In this document: positions 11,349 to 20,725 of the stretch, one piece after another | Layout of the letters: every line of letters begins with the position of its first letter | Numbering within the stretch: the stretch's first letter is position 1 | Assembly (NCBI GenBank): GCA_043803405.1 | Contig: JAZDKB010000019.1 | Coordinates: forward strand, 224,001 to 288,000 | Source of the DNA: Spirochaetota bacterium | GTDB lineage: Bacteria; Spirochaetota; UBA4802; JAFGDQ01 | Direction: 5' to 3' | Length of the DNA stretch: 64,000 nucleotides | Program-made: the position numbers and the translations under genes | Notes under the pieces: model-generated | Seen by the model: the letters and a program-made list of their open reading frames with translations, nothing else | Database searches by the model: none | Told to the model about the DNA's origin: nothing

Positions 11349-12554
11349 TTAAAATCTGATAACAAGCTGAATGTAATATAACATATCGTTATAATATTGA
11401 TCGGATTCATATTCTTCATACGCAGTTAAGTACTTTATGTATTCCAGTTTTAAATATGATATACGGGCAATGTTTATATTTAAACCTGCTGTTGCCCTGC
11501 TGATAGAGCTTTTCTCTACGCCTTCCCGGTAATTAATTGAAACAATTTCCTCTGATGTATATTTGTCGTACCTTCCGTAAAGGATAACAGGCAGCCTGGA
11601 GAAATAATTAAAGTCGATTGCGCCTGTTACATGGTAACCGTACAGCAATATACCGGCGTTCTTATCGCGGTAATAATATTCGGAACTAAGGATGACCGGG
11701 CCCACCTTGCTTTCCATATCGCCTGCAAATATTTTTTCCGCAGTTGCACCGTCCCTGTCAATATCGTGTATATATGAAAAGCCGAATTCAAGAGGCGACA
11801 TGGATGCCGATTTTAGGGTATATGGATTATTAAACGGAGTAATCCCTATCCGTCCGCCGAACGAGTTCCCGCCGTAAGAGTATTGCTGTTCAATACCTTT
11901 AAGCATGTAAAGACTTGCATTGACCGATATAAAATTCAAGAGTAGTCTTATTCCTTCGTCATTATATCCGCCGTCCATTATTAGCTCTGTCGTTAACGGA
12001 GGCGTTACCGTTATCCTGTCCGGCGCAGGGACGTACCGCCAGTCATTCCCGAAAGGGACATCGAATTTCCCGATCTGAAGGTGCAGACCTTCATCCCTGA
12101 ACATCCGTCCGCTCGGAGATATGTTGCCGCCGAATAAATGATAATCTATAAATCCCGTTCTTAACTCGGCACCATCGTGAAAGACAAGCGCTGCCGCTAC
12201 CTGGAAGTGATCGTAATTATGGGCGATATCCAGCTCAAAAGGCCCAATCAAAAAGATATTCGGTTTGTTCTTGTAATTTGAAATACTGACATCAAAAAAT
12301 CCGTTTATTTTCAGAGCGCTCATCACGTCTACTTTTTTCTTTAATGTTTCCAGTTCGGTTTTTGTGTCTTCCAGTTCGTCCACTCTTGTTTTTAGTTCGT
12401 CAATTTCTTCCCTGATGGTTTTTGCTTTGGGCGCGTTTTTGTCATTTTGATTTTCTGCCTGGCTTAATAAAATACCGGCTTCCTCGAACATAGTCTGCGC
12501 CGGGTTCAGCGACATAAATAAAGTTATGAGAGTAAAAATTATTATTTTTTTCAT
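11349..12554 (-). CDS. Putative outer-membrane beta-barrel/porin with N-terminal coiled coil
   Basis: Signal peptide, EEIDELKTRVDELE coiled coil, IGKFDVPFG motif, alternating aromatic beta strands, C-terminal YIQLVIRF. Confidence 0.72.
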   Translation of the reverse strand: MKKIIIFTLITLFMSLNPAQTMFEEAGILLSQAENQNDKNAPKAKTIREEIDELKTRVDELEDTKTELETLKKKVDVMSALKINGFFDVSISNYKNKPNIFLIGPFELDIAHNYDHFQVAAALVFHDGAELRTGFIDYHLFGGNISPSGRMFRDEGLHLQIGKFDVPFGNDWRYVPAPDRITVTPPLTTELIMDGGYNDEGIRLLLNFISVNASLYMLKGIEQQYSYGGNSFGGRIGITPFNNPYTLKSASMSPLEFGFSYIHDIDRDGATAEKIFAGDMESKVGPVILSSEYYYRDKNAGILLYGYHVTGAIDFNYFSRLPVILYGRYDKYTSEEIVSINYREGVEKSSISRATAGLNINIARISYLKLEYIKYLTAYEEYESDQYYNDMLYYIQLVIRF

Positions 12555-12558
12555 GTTT

Positions 12559-13194
12559 TTAATCTATAAAAGGCGGACCGTATATCTCTCTTGCCCTTGC
12601 TGCATCGAGATCCGTTATTTCTTCGCTTGGATCTATCTGGTTTGCAGTTTTAGATACTATTGTAGGGCTTCCGTTTATGCTGAAAGCTGTCTTATCATAA
12701 TGCATAATTGACAGATAATCATATTCGAATTTTTGTTCTATATAAAGCGGATTATCGATCAGATCAAAATTATAATCCTTTCCGGTTAGAATGTTGTTCC
12801 ATATAATATTTACGTATAAATCCCTGTCCGGTCTTTGATGTTCATGAACGAGGCCAAGGCAATGCCCCAGTTCATGTACAATTACGCTAATGTCGGAATA
12901 TGATCTACCGAATATCATCCGGCACTGGGAGTTGTTTTCCCCTATTGACGACTGCCATTCCTGCGCCGATACGCGGATTATTGCATAAGCGCTTGAGCGC
13001 GGGCTAACCTTTACGAATTTCACTCCGCATACGCTTTCCCAACATCTCATCGCATCCGAAATATTCTGCTCGTCCTGCGAAGAAAATTCACCTTTAAGAT
13101 AATAGGGTATTATGCCGTCTTCCCATTTGCCTATGGTGAAGTCAAATGTGCATGCCTGAAACAGCAAAAAAATAAATATTATATAGAATTTCAT
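12559..13194 (-). CDS. Astacin-family (M12A) zinc metallopeptidase, probable lipoprotein
   Basis: HELGHCLGLVHEHQRPDRD zinc motif, YDYLSIMHY Met-turn, KWEDGIIPY N-terminal motif; FQAC lipobox-like signal. Confidence 0.92.
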   Translation of the reverse strand: MKFYIIFIFLLFQACTFDFTIGKWEDGIIPYYLKGEFSSQDEQNISDAMRCWESVCGVKFVKVSPRSSAYAIIRVSAQEWQSSIGENNSQCRMIFGRSYSDISVIVHELGHCLGLVHEHQRPDRDLYVNIIWNNILTGKDYNFDLIDNPLYIEQKFEYDYLSIMHYDKTAFSINGSPTIVSKTANQIDPSEEITDLDAARAREIYGPPFID

Positions 13195-13332
13195 TTTTTA
13201 TTTTGCGAGATGAATGAGATGATTATATTGTATCAGAAACCGGTGTATTGTCACGAAAAAAATATAATTTTTTATTGTAAGGCGACTCTTAGAGGTACCC
13301 GGTTTATCTATAGATATTCTTTTTCAGCAATA

Positions 13333-14370
13333 TTATTTCTTTACCGCCCAGCGAAGTTTTGCGCCTGATGAGCGCGGGTTATCGTGCTGCTCCCGGAACG
13401 AAGGGCGTATCGGACGACGGACGCATTCCGAGAAAATGCCGTTCGTCACATATTCCTTGAATTTTTTTTTCACCCTGCGGTCTTCTCCTGAATGAAAAGT
13501 AAGAATCGCAACCCGCCCATTGGGCTTTAAACAGCGCGGAATTGACAGCAGCAATTTATCGAGCGCCCCGAATTCATTATTCACCGCAACGCGAAGCGCC
13601 TGGAATGTCCTCTGTACTGACTGTTTTGCCTCCTCAGGTTTTATTCCTTTTTTATACAACGCATTGATAATTATTTTCGCAAGGCCGTCTGTTGTGTGGC
13701 ATTCATTTCTATGGCTGAAAATTTTTTTCCCGATAAGTTTCGCATACGGCTCGTCTGCATTTTCTATTAATATATTAATAATTAAATCTTCTGTGCTGTT
13801 CATAAGCAGCTGGGCTGCTGTCCCGCCCGAGCAGGGATCAAGCCGCAAATCCAGCGGCGCCGGATTCCTGAAAGAAAACCCCCTTTCCGGAGTATCGAGT
13901 TGCATTGAAGATACGCCTAAATCTGCCAGGATAAAATCAAATCCTTCCGGATATAATTCAAGGCAGCTTTCAATTTCAGAAAAATTTATATACTTCGTAA
14001 TAAATAATGATTCATCATAGCCGCTCTTGCGGATTCGCTTTTCGGCTTTTGAGAGTTCTATTGAGTCAACGTCAATTCCGATGAGTGCGCCGCCAGGCAT
14101 AATGCGCGGCAGTATTTCCATGCTGTGCCCTCCATATCCGAGGGTGCAGTCGATCCCGATCATGCCGGTTTTTAAATTGAGCGCAGTGCAAATCTCTTCA
14201 GTGCAAATAGGGCGGTGCGATCCTGCCGGGGTGTGGCCGCGCAGTTTTATTTTCTCAATATCATCCTGATATTTTTCAGGATTCAGTTCCTTATATTTTT
14301 CATTGAATTTTTTAGGATGGGTCCCGGAATATCGAACGCGCCGCTTAAATTGTTTTGGTTCATCTGTCAT
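13333..14370 (-). CDS. rsmH: RsmH/MraW-family methyltransferase (stand-alone variant)
   Basis: DCTLGYGGHS, DLGVSSMQLD, FQALRVAVN, TFHSGEDR, NPRSSGAKLR; ATG at 14370 with AAGGA RBS. Confidence 0.85.
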   Translation of the reverse strand: MTDEPKQFKRRVRYSGTHPKKFNEKYKELNPEKYQDDIEKIKLRGHTPAGSHRPICTEEICTALNLKTGMIGIDCTLGYGGHSMEILPRIMPGGALIGIDVDSIELSKAEKRIRKSGYDESLFITKYINFSEIESCLELYPEGFDFILADLGVSSMQLDTPERGFSFRNPAPLDLRLDPCSGGTAAQLLMNSTEDLIINILIENADEPYAKLIGKKIFSHRNECHTTDGLAKIIINALYKKGIKPEEAKQSVQRTFQALRVAVNNEFGALDKLLLSIPRCLKPNGRVAILTFHSGEDRRVKKKFKEYVTNGIFSECVRRPIRPSFREQHDNPRSSGAKLRWAVKK

Positions 14371-14631
14371 AGAAATCCTTCGTCCGGTACAGTGTAACAA
14401 ATAATTAAATACTTTTTTTATAACTGCAAAAAGAGAGAATTAATTGCCATTAATTTAGAAAGTTTATCAGTAATATAATATTACAAATTATCTAAAGGGG
14501 ATATCAAGATATATTTTTTGTGTGCTTTCTTTCAGTAACTTAACGAAAAAATAGTCTGAAATTAAATTGACTTTTCAGAAATTTCATAATGATATTACAG
14601 TAAATAAATATAGCCGGAGATGAAATAGATA

Positions 14632-15738
14632 GTGGGAAATTTTACTGCTATAATACCTGCAGCAGGACTCTCTTCACGGATGAAATTGTTCAAGCCGCTG
14701 CTCCCGTTCGGATCATCTTTAGTAATAGAAAAGACAGTAAATACATTCAAACAGGCCGGCATTACAGACATCAGAGTTGTTGTCGGGTATAAACGAAATC
14801 TTCTTCAGCGGTTCCTGAACGGGCTTTCGGTAAAAAGTATAGTCAATTATAATTATATGGAAGGTATGCATTCATCAATAATAGCCGGAGTCGCGACCCT
14901 TGACAATGCAACAGAAGCTTTTTTTGTTCTGCCGGGCGATTGCCCTTTCATACAGCCTGGTACAATCATTGAAATGCAGAATGTATATGTAAGAAATTTT
15001 ACTAATATAGTTTATCCGACATATCACGGACAGCGCGGCCATCCTGTGCTAATTTCATCCGGGCTTATTTCAAAAATATTGACAGAAGATATTTCCAAAG
15101 GCCTCCGGTCTTTACTTGAACAGCAGGAAAAATTTATCGAGATGCCGGTTGATGATCCCGGAGTTACCTATGACATGGATTCGATCAGTGACTACCTCAG
15201 CTTTCCCGGGAATAACGCAGATCCATTCCCGTCTGAAGAGGAATGTATGGCATTACTTAAAAAAACAAATGTTCAGGAAAAGGTTGTGGCTCATTCAAAA
15301 GAGGTTTCGCGCATCGGGATTATTTTAGCTGAATATCTGAACAGCACAGGGCTCAGGATCAATACCGGACTTGTAATGGCTGCTGGCTTTCTGCATGATA
15401 TTATGAAAGGCCAGCATGATCACGCGCATAAAGGCGCTGACATATTATCCGGGATCGGATATAAGAGGATTGCCGACATTATAGCGCAGCATGTGGATAT
15501 CAGCAATAATGCTCTCGAAGAAATAAACGAAGCTGCAATATTATATCTTGCAGATAAAATAATGAAAGAGGATAAGCCGGTTCTGCTGGAAGAACGCCTT
15601 GCTGATTCCATGTCTAAGCATGCACATGACGGATCGGCAATAAATAATATAAAGAAACGTTTTAATAACGCCTTTTTAATTAAAAGCAGGATTGAGAAAA
15701 TTATTGGATTGAAAATAGAAGATATTCTTAAGGATTAA
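14632..15738 (+). CDS. MocA/MobA-like nucleotidyltransferase fused to HD domain (DVU_1551-like)
   Basis: AAGLSSRM..FKPLL, LPGDCP, RGHPVL, DMD; C-terminal HS...LHD...H...H...AD HD-domain motifs. Confidence 0.85.
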   Translation: MGNFTAIIPAAGLSSRMKLFKPLLPFGSSLVIEKTVNTFKQAGITDIRVVVGYKRNLLQRFLNGLSVKSIVNYNYMEGMHSSIIAGVATLDNATEAFFVLPGDCPFIQPGTIIEMQNVYVRNFTNIVYPTYHGQRGHPVLISSGLISKILTEDISKGLRSLLEQQEKFIEMPVDDPGVTYDMDSISDYLSFPGNNADPFPSEEECMALLKKTNVQEKVVAHSKEVSRIGIILAEYLNSTGLRINTGLVMAAGFLHDIMKGQHDHAHKGADILSGIGYKRIADIIAQHVDISNNALEEINEAAILYLADKIMKEDKPVLLEERLADSMSKHAHDGSAINNIKKRFNNAFLIKSRIEKIIGLKIEDILKD

Positions 15739-15747
15739 TCCCCTAGT

Positions 15748-16392
15748 ATGAAGGAAAGAACAATATATCTCATCAGACACGCTGAGCCTGCTTCCGACGG
15801 ACAGAGGCGTTACCTGGGGCAAACCGATCCTGAACTTAGCGAAAAAGGACAAGTTCAGGCAAATGCTCTTGCAGAGAAGCTGGGAGTGAATGCAATCTCT
15901 TCTATCTATAGCAGCGATCTCATCCGGGCTATGACTACAGCAAAAAAAATTGCCGGAAAATTCAACCTGCCTGTAAACCAGGATAAACGCCTGCGTGAAA
16001 TACATATGGGGAACTGGGAAAATATTTCTTTTGAAGAAGTGCAGCTCAGGTTTCCTGAGGAGTACGAAAGGCGTGGAAATGACATAGTAAATTACCGGAC
16101 AAAAGGCGGCGAAAGCTTTGCTGACGTAAGGGGCAGGGCGGTTACTGCCTTTTATGAAATAATAACCGGAACCGCAGGAAACATCGTGATAGCTTCCCAT
16201 TCCGGAGCTATTCGTACCATTCTTTGCACAATAATGTCAGTCCCGCTTGAGACCCTGTTCAGCATTAAGATTATGATTGATTATGCATCTGTTCAGACGA
16301 TTATAAAAAATGAGGATGAGCTTATTATCGATGGTAAAGCTTATCCTGTTGCCAATCTTGAGAAGCAGATTTCCGGTTTAAAAAATATATAA
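15748..16392 (+). CDS. Histidine phosphatase (CobC/PGM family)
   Basis: LIRHAE, YSSDLIRA, LREIHMGNWE, GGES, SHSG motifs. Confidence 0.9.
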   Translation: MKERTIYLIRHAEPASDGQRRYLGQTDPELSEKGQVQANALAEKLGVNAISSIYSSDLIRAMTTAKKIAGKFNLPVNQDKRLREIHMGNWENISFEEVQLRFPEEYERRGNDIVNYRTKGGESFADVRGRAVTAFYEIITGTAGNIVIASHSGAIRTILCTIMSVPLETLFSIKIMIDYASVQTIIKNEDELIIDGKAYPVANLEKQISGLKNI

Positions 16393-16421
16393 TATAATAT
16401 TATTTAAGTTTTGCAGAATTA

Positions 16422-17753
16422 TCAGCTTTGTCTGAACCTTCTTTTGCCTGTTGCAGGTATATAGTCTGCATTGCATGTTTCCGACTCGACTGCTATTTCC
16501 AGCTTACCCAGGCTTTTTGCCTGCCGTACTCCCGGTATTTTATCTAAAGCATTATGAATTTCATGATCTGAAGGTTTTATCCTAAGCGTTGTAATTTTAA
16601 GCTTTAAAATAACGGATTCTTTTTTGCGTACAGCCGATGCATTATAATCAATAACTCCATCCAGAGGCAAAAGCCTTTCATCCAGATCGGCGATACTTAG
16701 GTAATAATCGTTGTCGATTAATACCGGACTGTTGCTGCGTGCTTTAATATTTTCGAGTCTGTGCAGAATAGTGCCGCACTGGCATCTGCCAGGAATAAAT
16801 CGTGAGAGATCTCCGGTGCGGTACCGGATCAACGGCATACCGTGTCTTGTCAGTGTAGTGAAAACAATCTCACCGTAACTGCCTTCGGGCAAAGGCTCGC
16901 CTGTTTGCGGATCAACAATCTCAAAGAACAAATCTGCTTCACGCAGGTGATATCCGATGTGGGCGCAGCATTCAACTCCTCCGCCCAGACCCATCTCAGT
17001 CATCCCGTAGTGATCAAATGTTTCACATTTAAAAATATTTTGCAGTATTTCTGCAATCGCTTGTGATAGATAATCAGTGCTAAGCAGGATCTTCTTTAAT
17101 TTGATCGGCGGTTTATTAACACCGGATTTGTAAAACCTTGCCAGAGCAAGCATCTGTATTGGTATTCCAACAGCTACATTGGCTACGGTATCCGCAAATT
17201 TCTGAATAGTTTCCGGAATGTTCTTAACGATTCCATGCCTGATTGGGACTGCGCCGAGCAGTTCGAGGGCAATTGCCAATAAATCGCCTACGCTTCCTGG
17301 ACGTTCACATGGGAGCAGTATAAGAACCCGGTCGCCTGCTTCCGTTAATGTAGACATTCCGGTTTTAAAAAAATCGATTGTCAGTTCCTGATCTTCGCTT
17401 GTGAAATACAACCGCTTGGGATTGCCTGTAGTACCGGATGTATCGAGCGTTACCACGCGGTTTATCTCGCCCTGGGATACACAGAGCATTTGAAGCGCAT
17501 TGGCCTGAATATCTTCCTGAGTAGTGAATGGCAGTCGGGTTAGATCATTCAAACTAGATAGTTTTTTTTCTGCGAAGCCCTGGAGACGATCATGATAGAA
17601 CCTGCTGTTTCGGCTTGCCTGGCCAATTGTCTCCTGAATTTTTTTCAGCTGATAATCTGAGATGGATTCTCTCGACAGGTTATCTTCCGGAGAAGCTATC
17701 TTCTTTTTTATCCATGCATCCAGAGGAGTAATGGGAACTGAAGGATGAGTCAT
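16422..17753 (-). CDS. PaaK/F390-synthetase-like adenylate-forming ligase (DVU_1553-like)
   Basis: TSGTTGNPK loop, YGMTE, RYRTGD motifs. Confidence 0.85.
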   Translation of the reverse strand: MTHPSVPITPLDAWIKKKIASPEDNLSRESISDYQLKKIQETIGQASRNSRFYHDRLQGFAEKKLSSLNDLTRLPFTTQEDIQANALQMLCVSQGEINRVVTLDTSGTTGNPKRLYFTSEDQELTIDFFKTGMSTLTEAGDRVLILLPCERPGSVGDLLAIALELLGAVPIRHGIVKNIPETIQKFADTVANVAVGIPIQMLALARFYKSGVNKPPIKLKKILLSTDYLSQAIAEILQNIFKCETFDHYGMTEMGLGGGVECCAHIGYHLREADLFFEIVDPQTGEPLPEGSYGEIVFTTLTRHGMPLIRYRTGDLSRFIPGRCQCGTILHRLENIKARSNSPVLIDNDYYLSIADLDERLLPLDGVIDYNASAVRKKESVILKLKITTLRIKPSDHEIHNALDKIPGVRQAKSLGKLEIAVESETCNADYIPATGKRRFRQS

Positions 17754-19138
17754 GCTTTTGCCTTTTGGTTCCTGTATAGAGCCTTTCCGTTTTTAGCTGT
17801 AAGGTTATAAGCGCAAAAAGGTATGAGCCTGCCATCAGGGTGAAATACGAGTACATTACATTCTTTTAATCGTTCCAGTTCTAATGTCCATGCATCCTGA
17901 AATGCCATACCGGATATAACCAAAGAATAAGAACTAACCCTGTCAATAAACACGTCAAGACTATCGGTGTTTATTCCGGCGTCAGCATTTTGCAGTTTAT
18001 TATCTATAAAATTTAAATTTGATTTTTGAGTGTTATAAGATTTTGGAGCAGACCATTGTTTGGCTACAAACAGCCGTGTTTTTTCCAAGCCTTCGGATAT
18101 TTCTGGCTTTGTACAGCATTTTGTGTTTGAATATGATGTCAGCGGTTTTAAGCTGCAGTCTGGCATTAAAACAAAGTTGCCGTGAAATGAACAATAAGCG
18201 TTTTCAGCTTTTGCAGGCAGGAGATTTTCCTTCTTTATAAGACCGGCAGTCTGCTTCTCAATTTCACGCAGAAGCTCAGGTATTGTAGCCCTCTCGACAG
18301 GCGGTTCAAACGGATAGCGCCCGAAATAGCTTATCGGCTGAAAATGAACACCGCGTACATCAGGTATACGTTTTACTGCATAACGGATAATGTCGCCAAT
18401 ATTATTCAAGTTTATACCTCTCGCTACAGTCGGGACCAGCACTACGCCTATCCCATATGTCGCACAATTATCAATAGCTGCTTTCTTTATATCCAGCAGC
18501 GGTGCACCACGCAGTGCTTCATAGATATTGTCAGTCATTCCGTCAAACTGCAGGAAAACATTGTTTAATCCTGCATCTCTCAGTTTTTCCACATAATGCG
18601 GTTCTTTTGCTAAGCGAAGACCGTTTGTATTTAATTGTATATAATCGAAACCGAGTTTATGGCCGAGTTGAATTATTTCAGGCAGATCATCACGTACAGT
18701 TGGTTCTCCGCCGGATAGTTGAATGTTATAATTGCCGCCGCTGTCCAGCAGTCTGCGGTACCAGCTTTCTATAACTGTCTGATCGGGATCTGCGGCAGAA
18801 TCAGAAACTGTACTGGCGAAACAGACCGGACAATGAAGATTGCAGCGCTGTGTAATTTCCAGCAAGACGCAGCATGTTTCCTGGCGATGCTCCGGGCATA
18901 ATCCGCAATCGAAAGGGCATCCTGAATCAACCCTTGTGGAGAAAACGCCGGGGCTTGATGGAACTCTTGGAGCAGTCCAGTTTCTATATCCGGGTTCGCC
19001 TTGCCAGATTAATACGCGGAATATGCCGTGATCCGGGCATTCCTTGACAAGGTATATCCTGTCGCCGTCGATTTCTTTGTGAGCCGGAATGCGCTTAAGA
19101 CAGTCAGGGCAGACGCTTTCAGTGGCAATATTTTGCAT
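17750..19138 (-). CDS. Radical SAM enzyme of the MJ0619-like class (TrsS-type)
   Basis: CNLHCPVC (CX3CX2C); N-terminal CPDC/CPDHG and CPFDCGLCPEH Cys clusters; C-terminal IPFCAYN. Confidence 0.88.
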   Translation of the reverse strand: MQNIATESVCPDCLKRIPAHKEIDGDRIYLVKECPDHGIFRVLIWQGEPGYRNWTAPRVPSSPGVFSTRVDSGCPFDCGLCPEHRQETCCVLLEITQRCNLHCPVCFASTVSDSAADPDQTVIESWYRRLLDSGGNYNIQLSGGEPTVRDDLPEIIQLGHKLGFDYIQLNTNGLRLAKEPHYVEKLRDAGLNNVFLQFDGMTDNIYEALRGAPLLDIKKAAIDNCATYGIGVVLVPTVARGINLNNIGDIIRYAVKRIPDVRGVHFQPISYFGRYPFEPPVERATIPELLREIEKQTAGLIKKENLLPAKAENAYCSFHGNFVLMPDCSLKPLTSYSNTKCCTKPEISEGLEKTRLFVAKQWSAPKSYNTQKSNLNFIDNKLQNADAGINTDSLDVFIDRVSSYSLVISGMAFQDAWTLELERLKECNVLVFHPDGRLIPFCAYNLTAKNGKALYRNQKAKA

Positions 19139-19178
19139 GTAAATTATTCCTTGCTTGTTTGCTGTTGAGCAGTCAAAA

Positions 19179-20276
19179 TCAACAATACTTTATTGCAGAA
19201 TCTTTAACAGATATTTTTGGTACTTCAATGCTTCTTTCCCTGGCGGCGCGGACTTTGATTAATTCAGCGACTATACTTATTGCAATCTCTTCAGGTGTTT
19301 CGGCCATAATATCCAGTCCTATTGGCGAAAAAACACGAGCAAAATCATTGTCAGTAAAGCCTTGTTCTTCACTCAATTCACGATAGACAGCAGCCCGCTT
19401 GGTTCTGCTTCCTATCATCCCGATATAGGCTGCCGGTTTTGGCAGCATCTGTCCCAGAATGATTTTATCATGAAGATGACCTCTTGTGACAATTACAATG
19501 TAGCTGTCGCTGTCGATCTGCAGATCCGGCAGCTTTTCGAATGAGGACAACACCATAACATCAGCAGTTGGGAATCTTTCCTCGTTGGCGTAATCGGCGC
19601 GGTCATCCATGACCACGGTTTTAAATCCGACTGACTCAGCTATCAGAGCTGTTTTCTGCGATACATGACCTGCTCCGAAAAGATAAAGAGTGCCTGAATG
19701 ACGGATAGGCTCTACCAGCACCCGCTGGTCGTTAAGTACTTCAGAATGGATGGATATTTTTGCCGGGCCTAAGATTAGTTTGTTAAGGAATTCAGGATCG
19801 CATTCAAATTTTCCAACTAATGTTTTATCCTGCTTGATCAGACATTGCTGGCGCATTCCATGGTTTTTGGAAGTATTGCCAAGCCCGGTAATCAGCCATG
19901 CCTTTTCCCTGTTTTCCAGAGCATTTATAATATTTCTGTATATTGCAAGGTTATCCGGATTTGCAGCATTAAGATAATCGATAAAAAATTCACCGGTTCC
20001 GCCGCAGACCATATGCATTACGCCTGCGCTGTTCCCGTTTAAATTAAATTTTCTGGTCAGGGGGATTTTTGAGTCAAAGACCTGCCTGGCCAGGAGGCGC
20101 GCTTCTGCTTCGAGTTCGCCGCCGCCTACTGTGCCGGAAATTGATCCGTCTTTTCTTATAATCATCTTGGCACCTGCAGTGCGCGGAGCTGAACCGGCTT
20201 TATCGAAAATTGTTGCTGTTACAAAGCTTTCACCTGCAGACAGCAGATCAACCATTTCACTGAAAAGACGTTTCAT
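19179..20276 (-). CDS. xdhC: XdhC/CoxI-family molybdenum hydroxylase maturation factor
   Basis: GSAPRTAGAKM, GTVGGG, CGG, FGAGHVS, YIGMIGSRTK, PIGLDI..ETPEEIAISI. Confidence 0.92.
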   Translation of the reverse strand: MKRLFSEMVDLLSAGESFVTATIFDKAGSAPRTAGAKMIIRKDGSISGTVGGGELEAEARLLARQVFDSKIPLTRKFNLNGNSAGVMHMVCGGTGEFFIDYLNAANPDNLAIYRNIINALENREKAWLITGLGNTSKNHGMRQQCLIKQDKTLVGKFECDPEFLNKLILGPAKISIHSEVLNDQRVLVEPIRHSGTLYLFGAGHVSQKTALIAESVGFKTVVMDDRADYANEERFPTADVMVLSSFEKLPDLQIDSDSYIVIVTRGHLHDKIILGQMLPKPAAYIGMIGSRTKRAAVYRELSEEQGFTDNDFARVFSPIGLDIMAETPEEIAISIVAELIKVRAARERSIEVPKISVKDSAIKYC

Positions 20277-20725
20277 GCTCCTGCCCCCTTCCCGGACATG
20301 TCAAAGCCGTTAATTCTTAATATTTCCTTTACCTGTTGATAAGTTTGTAAAATAATTTGAGGACAGCGTTCTTTCTTTTTAGTAAGATCGCCGCCGTATA
20401 TGATACTGCAATCAATTCCGCCGTATATTGGCGAATATTTTGCTACAAACCATTCGACAAGGTCTAGTATCATTTTTCTGAGCCGCTCGTCTTCAACCTC
20501 TTCGGCTGTACCTCTGCTCGCATAAAGAGAGAGCAGACAAGCTCCTCCTGTGAGTGAGCCGCAATTCTTTCCGCAGAATCCTATGCCACCGGCAAGACCT
20601 GCCATAGAGCGTATAAGATCCGGATTGGTTTTCCCCTGAGCTTTTAGACCCATCATTAATAAAATCTGACTGCAGTAAAAGCCCTGTTGCGATAGTTCCA
20701 TCATTTGGAAAATTTCATCATTCAT
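20273..20725 (-). CDS. C-GCAxxG-C-C family putative redox protein (DVU_1555-like)
   Basis: YCSQ, CGSLTGG, IDC and ERC cysteine pattern; ATG at 20725 overlapping the methyltransferase stop. Confidence 0.8.
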   Translation of the reverse strand: MNDEIFQMMELSQQGFYCSQILLMMGLKAQGKTNPDLIRSMAGLAGGIGFCGKNCGSLTGGACLLSLYASRGTAEEVEDERLRKMILDLVEWFVAKYSPIYGGIDCSIIYGGDLTKKKERCPQIILQTYQQVKEILRINGFDMSGKGAGA

